Shown here: positions 1-11,400 of the stretch, in pieces
Numbering within the stretch: position 1 is the first letter of the stretch
How the letters are laid out: each line of letters opens with the position of its first letter
Source of the DNA: Rhizaria sp. SCN 62-66
Taxonomy: Eukaryota
DNA length: 48,255 bases
Direction of reading: 5' to 3'
NCBI GenBank assembly: GCA_001724265.1
Contig: MEDY01000010.1
Coordinates: 124,001 to 172,255, forward strand
Position numbers and translations under genes: made by a program
The notes under the pieces: generated by a model
Database searches by the model: none
Told to the model about the DNA's origin: nothing
The model's input: only the letters and a program-made list of their open reading frames with translations

Positions 1-1671
1 GCGAGGACGACGGTGCTGCCGCTGAGGGAGCCGGTGCCGGGGCCGAACGAGCCGCCGGCGCCGCCAGATGCGGCCGCGGCAGTGGCGGCGGCTGCAGCAG
101 CGGCGGCGGCAGCGGAAGGATCGGCGCCCGCGGAGACTGCGGTGACAGCGCCGACTGCAACGGCGGCGGCAGCGGCAGCTGCAGCAGCAGGCGTGCTCGT
201 GGTCAGCGATGATGACGACGGCAAAGACCCAGACGAGGTAGAGGTTGACAGTGTAGAGCCGGACGCCGAAGTTGCAGCGCCAGTGGCAGCTGCCACCGCA
301 GCAGCGGTGGCGGCAGCAGCGGCAGACTGGCTGTTGGAAGCACCGAGCACGAGGCCGGTGCTCGCAATGGCGGCGACAACTGTGGAGCCAAGCGTCGCTG
401 AGGACGGCGCAGTGGACGCAGAGCGCTGGAAGTTAAGCCGCACAGCCGCAGAGTCCGTAAGAGTACCGAAGACGCGCGCGAAGCCAGTCGCCGAGGCAGC
501 GTCGCTCTGTGACTGGGAAGAGCTAGAGCCAGCGGCCGTGGACGGGGGCAGCAGAGAGCGCGCGCGGGCGGCAGCGGCGGCCGGGACAGGCGGCAGCGGC
601 GACTGCGAGAGCGCGTGCATCGGCAGCGTGAGGTCGCCCGTCCACGGCAGCTGTAAGGGGTACGCGTGGTCTAAGTACCCCGCCGCACCGGCGCTGACGG
701 AAGAGCCCAGACTCGAGCTCAGGCCCATGGCGGAGATGAGAGTGTGCGTCATGTGCTCGTGGCCAGCCTTGGTCAGCATCGCCAGCGCGCGCGCCCACGT
801 CTGCTGCCGCACGCTGTTGACGCCCCAGCTCGCCGCCACGGCCGCAGACACCATCTTCTTCTCTAACTGCAGCACCAGCGTGCGGCCGCCGTCCGCGGAT
901 AGCAGCAACGACTGCGACTGCGCGCGCGCCGCCTGCCGCCGCACGCACAACAGACACGAGAGGTCGGCGGCGGGCGCGCGCCGCGGCGACGCCAGCGCCA
1001 GCAGCTGTGGCGGCGGCGGCGACGGCAGCGCGGGTGCGACGGCGCGCGCAATCGCGGCGGCTGCGAGCGCAGGCACGAGCACGGGCGCTGTGGTGGCGAG
1101 CAAAGCAGGCAGAGTCAGGGGCCAGGCGTCGTCGCCGCCGCTCACGGTCACTACAGCGATGCCGGTGGTCACCGTCTCCGGGGCGCGCTCGTCACGGGGG
1201 TCTTGCTGTGGCGTTTGCTCAGACTCGGCATCGTCATCATCATACTCTGCGACGTAAGTGATCACGGGATGCTGATGCACATCCCTGGACGAGACACCGA
1301 TGTGAGTCGATTGCTGTGTGAGCGCCATTGGCATCGCGCCCGCGCCAGCGGCCCACTTCTCAAGCACGTCGCGGTGCCTGCTGCCGAGCGCGCCCGCGAG
1401 CGTCAGCGCGGCGGCAGCCAGGCCGAGCTCCACAACGCCGGAAACGACCGCGCCGCGCGCCGCGCTAGCAGACGCGGCGCCTGTATTAGCGGTGGCTGCG
1501 CCAGTGGACGACGACTGGTTGCGCGCGTGCGCATGGCACAGCGCCTGCGCCTGCGCCTGCGCCTGCGTGTGCGCGTGCGCCGTCGCCGCCGCGCACTCTG
1601 CGCAGACCGATGGGGCGGTGTCCTCGACCAGCAGAGCGAGGGAGCGCGCGACAAACGCCGACGCCGCGCCC

Positions 1672-1711
<40 letters not shown>

Positions 1712-4700
1712 GGGCCGTGGCGGCGGCGCCGAGTCCCGGCTGCGGCAGCGGAACAGCGGCGGGCGCGGCGGGCAGGTGCAGCCAGCGCGGGATGACCGAG
1801 GGGCCGTGCGCCGCGGTGTGCGAGGATGCCGACGAGAGCGAGGGCGCGGCGCGGACGGCGCGCTGCATGGCCCAGACCGAGGTCGAAAGCCACGCGCCCA
1901 GCTCCGAGAGCGACGCGCGCGGCACGCGGGGGCTCGCGGCGACCGTGCAGCCGGAATCCTCGGCGCTCGTCTCGTTGTCGCTGTCTGCAGCGTGCTCGTC
2001 GTTCTTGTTGATATCACTGCTGCGAGTGTTGCTGTTGCTATTCATACTGATCTTGCTGAAGCTGTTTGTGTTGCTTATGTTCCGACTGTTGTTGTCGTCG
2101 TCGTCCGCGGCGGCCGCGGCCAACACATCGAGCCTTTCGGCAGCCTCCTCACCGCCCCACAGCCGCACGTGGGGGTGCTGGTAGGTTGACGGCTCGAAAC
2201 TCATCATGAGCAGCGACCCGCTGGCGTTGGCCAGCACCAGCCTGTTTTCGCCGGCGTACGTCCGGTACCAGAGCCCGCTGGTCCACTCGAGCGAGCCCCC
2301 GACCGAGAGCACAGACCGCGGCGGCGCCAGCGGATGGCTGTAGCTCGTTGCAGCCGCAGCCGCGGCAGCGGCGGTCGGCGAGGCGCCGGGGAGGTTCGGC
2401 AGAGCGGCAGAGCGGGTGAGACCGCCGCTACCGCTGCTGCCGACGGCGACGCCTGCAATCTTGTTGGTCTTGCCGGTCGAGATCAGCAACGGCGGCAGGC
2501 CGGCGGCGGCGCGGGCTGCGGCAACCGCCGAGGGGTCGATTCCAGCGTACTCATCGTCGGAGTCGCTCACGGTCGCCGCATGCGTGTTGTTGTTGTTGGC
2601 ATTATTGTCAGTGCCAGAGTCAGTGTCAGAGTCCGATCCTGTCATCACAGTGGCCTCCTCTTCTTCGTCCTCGTCTTCATCAATCTCGGCGTCAAAGCCA
2701 CCGAGCATCTCGCCGCCGCCGCCACCGTAGCTGGTCGCGCTGCCGCTGCCGGCGCGGCTAAGCATCGCCTCCGCGCTGAGGGGCGTCGCTGTGGCGTTCA
2801 CGGCGCCGCTGTTTGCGCGCGACAGCACGGGACACTGCTCCCACGTCCAGCCCTCGCGCTCGGCGGCCTCGTCGTGCGCGCCGGGCAGCAGGCGCGTCAT
2901 ACCGTAGGGCACCACGAGCGGCTCGCAGAAGACATCCACGTCCAGCGCGTCGCGGATGGCGCGGGCCAGCGACAGCGTGTGGCTGCGCAGCTGCGAGAGC
3001 ACAGTCGTCGCGTTCACAGTCAGCTTCGCATTAGTGTTGGAGTTCGAGCCCATGGTAGACGAGTTAGTCGGCACAGCAAGTGCGAGGTCGAGGTCACGGT
3101 CGCGCCACAGCATCGGGGCGCGGCGGCCGAGCGCAACGGCCTGCTGTAACGCGGAAGCCAAGGCGCGGGCACCAAGGGCGCGGCGAGATGCCAGCAGGGG
3201 CAGCGACGGAGACCGAGGAATCTTCAGCTTCTTCGCAGTCGTCTGTGTACTCGTGCTACCGTCAGCGCTTTTACTGCCATTCGAGTGTGGCAGTGTGACC
3301 ATGATGGCGAGCGCCTTCTCAGACGGCATGTGGTACAGCGAGTATGTGTTCGTGTAGCTGAAGGTGCGCACTGCACGGGGTGGCAGCCGGGGCCGCGAGT
3401 GCACTGTCACAGAGCTGTTGGCCGCAGTCGTGTCAGTAGTAGAGCTAGAGCTCGCTTCACTGTCGTGAGACTGGGGCAAGCGAGGGCGTGCCTGCGAAGA
3501 CAGCGGCAACGCGGCTAGCTCATCGCCAGAGAGTGTGATTTGCACGGGCCGCGCCTGGAACGGGGCCACTACACGGCGGCGGCTCCCCGCAACACTCGCG
3601 CTGGCGCTGGCGCTAGCACACACACTCGCATTGATGTTGCTCTTGTTCTTGATGTCAATGACGCTTTGTTGAAACTGCTTGGTCGCAACCTCGGCTGCGT
3701 CGTCCAAGGGGTCCGCAGTGGACACGTCGCCGTAGCTGCACGTGCCGAGCACCCAGCGCAGCGGGAGCGCGTACACGCTGCCGTCGAGACAGCCGACGGC
3801 AATGAGTGACGCGCCCCCCGGGGGATCATTATGGGTGTACGCCGCAGAGTCGGCGATCACGCCGTACGCGCTCAGCAGACGCGCATTGGCACTCACATTC
3901 GCGGGCGCACTCGAAGAAGAGCCAGAGCAAGCAGTGGACTCGGGGCCAGAGCCGGGCGCGGAGCACGAGTCGCAGCTCACGCCCGAGCTCGAGTGCGCGT
4001 TGAGCGTGATACCGGCCCGGTCTAGCACCGCGGCCACGGGCCCCAGCACCGTCGCAACGCCGTGCTCGCCGCTCACCGTCGCGCTGACGGTCGGCAGCGA
4101 CGCGGCCAGCCCGCCGCCGCCCGCAGCCCCCAGACTGACTCCGGCAGCGCCACTGCCGCCGCCGCTGCCATCCACGGCGGCGGCCGCGGCGACGGCGGCG
4201 GCCGCGGCGGCGTCGGTGGCGGGCGGCAGCACCCCGGTCGGCGCGGCAGCCGCAGGGCCCGGCGGGATGCCAGTGTTGAGCGCCACTGTGGTGATGGCCT
4301 TGTGGGGCGCCGAGAACCAGCTCACCACGCGCACCACCGTCGTGTCAGACTTTTTCGGTACCTGCATCAGGGGACCAATCTGAGCGCCGTTGTCACCTGT
4401 CGCACTGCGGTTGTTGATGATGTTGCTGTTGCTGGCAATGGGCAGCAGCGCGAGCTGCGGATCTGACTCGGAGTAGATGACCACGAGGGAGTTGGCGCTG
4501 GCCAGCAGCACAGTCACCGTGTACGAGACCGGGGTCACGCAGGACAGCAGAGACTGCAGCCGCGGCGCGCGCGGGGGCAGAAACAGCGCGTTACGAGTGA
4601 TGCTGTTACTAGTAACGCCAGTCGACGCGTTGGCATTATCGTCGGTGTTGGTATGTGTTTGACTGCTGCTGTTCGTTGTCGCAGCGGTGACGTAAGCATG

Positions 4701-5375
4701 TGCAAGAGCCTCGGGATCGGTGCCCCAGGCAAAGGCGCGACGGCCACGCGCAGTAGTCACGCTCTTGATGATCGCGCGTGGCACGACGGGCGCCACCGAC
4801 GCAGCAGCAGCGCCAGAAGAGGACGCGCTGCTGGTACCGTGCGTGTTGCTGTCATGGCTGACCGCGTCCGAGGCGTACTCGCTGGCGCTGCTCATGCACA
4901 CATCGTAGTACCCGCAGGCAGCACTAGACTCACACGCAGTCGCGTTGGTCTTGCTCTCATCGCGAGCAGACGTCGCAGACGCAGAGTTACTGTGAGCGGA
5001 CGCAGTGTGGCTGGGCTGGACAGGGCCGTGCAGCTGCTTGAGGGCGGGCGCTAGCGCGAGCGCGATGTCGCCCAGGCTCGGCACGGAAAACACGCGCGGT
5101 GTGTCCTCGTCGTCGGGTGGGATCTCGGTGCCCAGGCGGTACGCGCGGCGGCGGCGCGCGGCGGCGGCGCGGCGCATCTCCGCGGCGGCCGCGAAGGCGG
5201 CGCGCAGCCCGGGGGAGTTGAGTGAGAACACGGGCTCCACAGACAGCAGGGGCAAGTTTGGTGCGCCCGCAGGGGAGAAAGAGAGCGGGGGTGCGTAGAC
5301 AGTCGGCGCGGAGGCGCGCGGCGGCGGCGCCGGGCCGCTGGAGCTGGCCGCGGGGGCCGAAGAGGGGGGCGGCAT
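1..5375 (-). CDS. Large low-complexity (Ala/Ser-rich) protein of unknown function, >1790 aa; 3' end lies beyond the window start
   Basis: Not in the ORF track, probably because it has no stop within the window. Manual translation shows the minus frame (+ triplets starting at positions divisible by 3) open from ATG 5375 (MPPPSSAPAASSSG...) to position 3. It has GC3-rich codons and islands of globular-looking sequence (VRVVSWFSAPHKAITTVAL, SLIAVGCLDGSVYALPLRWVL, weakly beta-propeller-like). The + strand ORFs here are antisense shadows. Confidence 0.8.
1674..1709 (-). repeat. (CAG)12 polyglutamine tract inside the first CDS
   Basis: Twelve perfect CTG units on +, in frame as CAG on the minus CDS. 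A short (CAGGCG)n Gln-Ala repeat lies near 1540-1566. Confidence 0.9.
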
Positions 5376-5947
5376 GGAGGACCGAAGCCGCTGGAATATC
5401 AAGCGGTTCGCGTGTCAGAAGCAGAATAGATACGTATATGACCACACCTATACGGATATTTGTGTAGCTAAAAACGATGGGGTGAAAGGAAATTCGAACG
5501 GAACGACATGGTATGTAAGACATCAGTGTAGAAGGAAAGAGCGACGTCATTAGTGCGGTGCATGACTGTGTGTAAGAAAGAGGCTGCAGAGAGCTATAAT
5601 CGTGTACATAAGAAAAATGACAACTAAATATAGCATTCATGCCAAGTGTGAATATCCAAAAAATGGGTTAAATCGTTGTTAACGGATGTTGTGAAGACTT
5701 GGAGATGGCCTAATATCATCCACTCGTAGTCCTCGCTTGCCGCCACCGTCGATGTCGCGTCTCCTCGCGCCTCAGAAGTCACTTATCAAAACACGTATAC
5801 ATGTGTCACGCGATCGACAGAGTGAAATTTGAGTAGCCGATGTGATATTTAAATCGTGTCTTTTGTATTATATGTTAATTATCTGTTCAAAGACACTCAT
5901 CACCCCAATGAACTCGCCCCCTTGATTATGCTGCTCAGGAAGCCAAG

Positions 5948-6478
5948 ATGTCACACGAAGGCCTTTCTCTTCCCCAGGCCTCGATGACCCGCCTGATCAA
6001 GGGCATCCTCCCCGAGTCACTTATGATCCACGCCGATGCCAAGGCGACCGCGATCAAGTCCACGTCTCTGTTCATGATGTATTTGGCCGACGCTGCGAAC
6101 GACATCCGGAAGCAGACCAAACGCAGCACTGTCACCTCCGAGGACATCATCTCCGCGCTCAAAGACATCGACTTCGACTGCCTGGTGGAGCCAGCTACGA
6201 CGTACTGCCAGCTGCAGCGTCAGCACAGCAAGGAGAAGCGCGACGCGATGAAGGCGCGCAAGGTTGCCCGGCCCAGCGGCGGTGCCGGCGGGGCCGGCGG
6301 CGGCGACGGCGACGGCGACGGCGACGAGGACGATGGCGCCGGTGGCGATGTGGAGTGCGAGGACGGCGAGGCAAGCGTCAAGCGTAGTCGCGGCGCCGCG
6401 GGCGGCAACGACGACGGCGACGACAACGGCGGTGATGAGGACGATGCGGACGTGACGCTCTCTGCGCCCAACAACTGA
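5948..6478 (+). CDS. POLE3: Histone-fold protein, DNA polymerase epsilon subunit 3 / DPB4 / CHRAC17-like, 176 aa
   Basis: LSLPQASMTRLIKGILPESLMIHADAKATAIKSTSLFMMYLADAAND...KRSTVTSEDIISALKDIDF matches the NF-YB-type fold with POLE3-like residues. Acidic C-terminal tail; single exon; TGA stop. Confidence 0.8.
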   Translation: MSHEGLSLPQASMTRLIKGILPESLMIHADAKATAIKSTSLFMMYLADAANDIRKQTKRSTVTSEDIISALKDIDFDCLVEPATTYCQLQRQHSKEKRDAMKARKVARPSGGAGGAGGGDGDGDGDEDDGAGGDVECEDGEASVKRSRGAAGGNDDGDDNGGDEDDADVTLSAPNN

Positions 6479-7099
6479 GCATAAGGAAGCGAGACTCGAT
6501 AATTGCTATCATTACACTCAGGCCAAGTAAAGTCACATAGCACGAGACAAAGCGGCGTATAGATGAACACGTGTGCATGTGATGTGACGCTAATCGGGCC
6601 ATTATTGTCTTTTGGACCTCTTATCAATACATAGCAGATGATTCGATCACCAACAACAAGTCACCTTTAACCGTGGTGTACTGCGCGAACACAAGTACAT
6701 TATCTGGCGCGACATCAAGTTTATCAAGTAAAGATGATTGATTGTATTAAAGTAAATTTGTAAAGAACAGATATAAAGAGGTTGAATATCAACGTGAAAA
6801 GAAAGGCTAGCTAGAGTAAAGTAGTGTAAAGTTACAGGAATAAAACAAGGAGAATGAATCACAACAGGAACATGGACACATGCCAGTTGTGACTGTGGTC
6901 ATGTTCAGTTGTTGTGATGGCCGTATGTGACATGTACACACATATGAAGCTCATATCAGAGCAATCATCGACAACAAAGTGTCGTAGATTGTCTGTATCA
7001 GTCATGGCCCGCTTGTTTCAGTGAAAACAAAAGAGAAGAGAAAGTGACACAAAGCTGTCAACGTATTGTGTCTGGTATTAGCGCACTGCAACAGCTCGC

Positions 7100-7960
7100 T
7101 TAGTGCCCGGCGGCAGTGGGGGCGTCGCCGTCGATGCGGCCGCCCGAGGGCAGCGAGAGCATCATCTCAAGCTCGCTGCGCAGCTGAGCATTGTGCTTCT
7201 CCATGAACTCCGTCTCCTCCTTGTGCTTGGCCGCCGCCTCGGCCGCGCGCTCGGCCTCCTTACGCTCCGTCGCCTCAATCTTCTGCTGGAGCTCGACCAC
7301 GGCGCGCTGAAGCTCGCGGCAGTCGCCCTCGAGCCCCTTGATCTTGCGCTGCGTCTCGGCCTTGGTCTGCTCCGCCTGCAGCGCCTTGCGCATGCCGAAC
7401 GCGATGCACGAGTCGTACAACGTCTGCAGCGACGCCACTGACATGCGGATCTCGTCGCGCACGCGCAGCAGGAGCAGCCCGCGCTCGGCGCAGTTGATGG
7501 TGATCTGGCGGATGAGTTCGTCGAAGCACTGCGCATAGAGCTCCTCGCGGATCGGACAGATGCCCGTCTCGCGCGCCTGCCGCTGCTGCAGACGCAAGTC
7601 CAGCTGCTCCTGCAACGTAATCACGTCGGAGCGCGTGGCGGGCGTGGAGGAGACGTACTGCACCCAGAGCTGGCCGTCCTCGGTCCACTCGCGCGGAGGC
7701 AGGATAGAGTTGAGGATGTCCTCCGTCGGCGTCACCTTAGCCTTGCCATCAAGGCCCTTGCGGCCCTACACAAAGAGAAAGCACGTGCAAAAGATAAAAT
7801 AAAAGTTTATTCATAAGACACGTTGCTGGTGCTAAGAGAGGAAGTAAGGTGAGTTGAGAAGAAGGCGTGGGAGGTGGGAACGTACCTTGCTGCGAATGTC
7901 CTTGGTGCTGACAAGGATCGGGTTGTCGTACTTGACGAGGGAGCTGCTAGTAGGCAACAT
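7100..7960 (-). CDS. DNALI1: Axonemal inner-arm dynein light chain p28, 246 aa; exons 7960-7886 and 7765-7100
   Basis: Exon 1 MLPTSSSLVKYDNPILVSTKDIRSK joins in phase 0 to exon 2 ...TEDILNSILPPREWTEDGQLWVQYVSSTPATR...RQARETGICPIREELYAQCFDELIRQITINCAERGLLLLRVRDE...AFGMRKALQAEQ. TAA stop. Confidence 0.95.
7766..7885 (-). other. Spliceosomal intron (120 nt, phase 0) in DNALI1
   Basis: AAG|GTACGT...TGTAG|GGC; splicing restores the conserved N-terminus. Confidence 0.9.
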
Positions 7961-8417
7961 AATAAACCCTAAAGAGAATATACAGCGCAAGAAAGGTAGT
8001 CAGTGAGAAACGATTCAAACAGTCGAGTGTGAGAGTGTGAACAGATCCTCAAAGTTGGTGCTCTCGTCACCCCAACTTCACAGAGAAACTGCCAACCGCT
8101 CGCTGGTCGGCCGGTTCCTGAAAATGCCGCAACACCGAAGCCACATGGCGTGCTTCGAAAAACGCATATATCAACTTTGTATTGCTTCATATTAATTATA
8201 GATGGCTTGATATCGAGATTTGACTGCCACATACTTTTGAATATTGCTATACTTTTCATTGGTGTCGATCATACTCCTGCTCTCCAGCGCAGAACGTGTC
8301 GTCACCTTCGCGATGCACCGAGCTTGCGTCCTTCCCGCGGCGGTCGTGCCTCAGCCATCCTAAACCACATCTGTTTCACATCTTGTTTCGCCCCGTATTC
8401 CATTACATAGACCTGCG

Positions 8418-11400
8418 ATGTCGCAGCTTTGTCTCGGCGCTGCCCGGCGCTTTGCACGCTGCGCAGCCTCGTCTTCGGCTTCGACAGCCGCTGCCGCCAC
8501 ACACCTCATCTCGATTCCTTCGGCCTCGGCAGCCACCACTGCGTCTGCCTTCGGTCGCACGGCCTTTGCGCCGCAGCCGCAGCCGCACGCGTGCTACCCT
8601 CCGCCGACGCCCACGTGCTCGTCCGCGCTGCTCACAGTCCCCGTGCGCCACGCCTCCAGCGCCAAGCCCAACGCTGACGCTGCCGACGCTGCCGACGCTG
8701 CTGGTGTTGATGCATCGGCGATGGACGCGGCCAAGAGCGCCAAGCCCAAGCGCAGCAAGTTCAACTTGAGCGACTTCACCTCGTCCATTACTGCCGACGC
8801 CAGCGGCGCCGACCGCGCGTCGCTGCTCGAAAAGCTCTCCAGCAGCAGTGCCATTGCTAACATCAGCGACGCTGCTGCAACTGGTAGCAAGGTGGCTAAG
8901 TCAGGTCGCGCCGCTGCCGCTGCCAGCAAGAAGAAGACTGCTGCCACCGCGACTCCCGCTGCCGAGCTTGAAACCGCTGAGTACGATGACGACGACGACG
9001 ACAGCCTCGCAATGCTCCACCCTGCCACCGCCCCCGTCACGCGCCGCACAGTCGCCTGGTCCTCCGACGCCAGCGCCAGCGCCGGCCCCGCCGGCCCCGC
9101 GGCCGGCGCGAATGCCGGTGCGAAGCGCGGCAGCGCGCAGGAGCGCATGCGCGCGCTGGCGGCGTCGTTCGCGCGCGCCGTGCGCTCCGGCGAGATCCAC
9201 CGTCTCGGCCAACACTCGGCGGCGGCGACAGAGCTCGCTGACGGCGACGGTGCCGGCGCAGACGCGAGCGTGATAGGAGACCAGGGCGACGGCGCCGAGT
9301 ACGGCGACGACGACGGCCGCGACGGTGACGGCGGCACCGGTCCGGCATCGCGCCACCGCGGCCGCCGGCAGTCCGCGCACCGCTACGATGACGAGGAGGC
9401 CGCCGTGGCGCGCGCCGCGGGACTGCCGCGCACGGTCTCGGACAAGCTCGCGTCGGCCGCGCGCCGGGCCCGCGAGCGCACGGTCTCGTCGCGCCTCTCG
9501 GCCGAGGTCAAGGCGGCCGCGCAGGGCCTGCCCAGGCAGGCGCAGATCGGCGCCTCCGGCAGCAGCGTGTCGCGCCTGGACCCCGTGTCGGGCGGCGAGC
9601 TGCCATCGCACAAGTTCAGCAAGCCCGTCTTCGCGTCGCCGGCGCAGGTGAACAAGAACCATTCGCTACCGGACCGCGAGGAGCTTGGTCTGGCGACGTC
9701 GCAATGGGGCATCCAGCTTGTGCTCGAGTACCTCAAGACGCAGAAACTCGCACGCATGGTCGTCTTCGACACGAGCGGCGTCTACACGCACGCGGACCAC
9801 GTTATCATCGCGACCGCGCCCTCCGCGCGCGCGATGAGCAACCTGGGCCAGCGCCTCGTGAAGCTCGCACGCATGTACAACGCTCCGCACCTGCACCGCA
9901 TGGGCGCCTCGGCCGACCCCGACGGGCTTTGGGTCCCCGTCGCGCTTGGCCCGCTCGTCGTGCACCTGTGCACGCAGGAGGGCCGCGTGGCGCCTATGGT
10001 CGCGCGCATGGAGCAGCGCTTGCTGCGCGACGCGCCCATCATCCCCTACCCGCAGTGGCACACGATCAAAGACCCTTGGACGGTGATGGCGGAGCGCATT
10101 GAGGCCACGGCCTTCTCGCCGCTGCCCGCGCACGTGGCGACGCCGCCGCCCGGGTACTTCAACACCGGCAACGGCAAGCCCATCGTCGTGCGCGGCGCCG
10201 ACGACGCGGCCGCCGCGGCCGAGACGGCGTTGGACCTTGCCGAGGACGCGCCCGCCGTCGCCGCCGCGCTGGCCACGGGCGTCAACGGCTACCCCGCGCT
10301 GGGCGACGAGCAGGACGACCAGGAGCTCGAGTTTGCCTTCTACTCGCGCGCCGAGGCTGCCCGCGACAGGTTTGCGCAGGACATGCTCGCCGCGGCGGTC
10401 AGCGCGCCCGGCGGCGGCAAGGGCCGCGCGCCCGCCCAGGGCGGCGCCAACGGCAACGGCGGCAGCAAGAGCGCGAAGACCGCCAAGAGCGGTGGCAAGG
10501 GCGTCGGCGGCGCCACGAGCGCTGCCGAGGTCGAGTCGCGCTCCGACATCGTCGACGTGTTCACCCCCAATGATGGCACCGGCGCCAGCGGCAGCAACGG
10601 CGGCGCTGCTGCGGGCAACAGCGAGGTAGAGACAGCGCGCCTCATCGCGGCCGGCATCACAGTCAACCCGCTGGGCGCCGCCGCCGAAGCCGCGGCCGCC
10701 GCTTCCGCGGCCAAGACGCGCGAGCGCGACGAGCGCCGCGCAGTCTCCCGCGGCAAGCACCTCATCGCGCGGCTGCTGGCGACCACGCCCGAGCAGCGGG
10801 GCGCGGCCGCGCCGCCGGCGTACAACGCCAACAAGCACGAGGCGGCCTTCGCGGCGCGCGTCGCAGCCGCCAAGGCCGCTGCGGCCGCCGCAAAGCTCAA
10901 TGGGGGCGCGAGCACGAGTTCTAGTAGCAATACCGATGACGGTGTTGTGTCGCAGGGTGGCAAGCGGGCGTTCTCGACTCACAACAACGTGCTGAGTGTA
11001 CGTGCGCTCGGCCGTGGTATCGCGAGCTCAGGCAGTGTGAGTGCGGCGGTCTCGCGCGGTGTGTTTGCCGGCTCGCGCGCGGTGCTGGCCCACAGCAAGA
11101 AGGGCAACGGTGTTGATGATGACGATGATGATATCGATGGCGTTGACCGGGGGTTCTTTGGTGCTTAGGATGTGAACAAGCATAGCCACATGATGTAGGC
11201 AACTCGGCCCCACGATATCCACAACAGTCACAACAACATTAACAGCCACAATCATAGCCACAAGAGCCATCATCACAGCCAGGGTGCTAGCAAGTTCAGC
11301 GGCGGCTCCGGCGCTCGCCACCGCGACTTCGCGCTGGAGCAGCGTCTGCACCGGGAGCTGGACCTTGAACAACACGGCCACGGCTAGATCCACAGCCACA

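Noticed and set aside
13-5298. Long + strand ORFs (414, 328, 288, 271 aa, etc.)
   Set aside because: Antisense shadows of the GC-rich, Ala-rich minus-strand gene. The poly-Leu and poly-Cys runs are alternative readings of its CAG tract.
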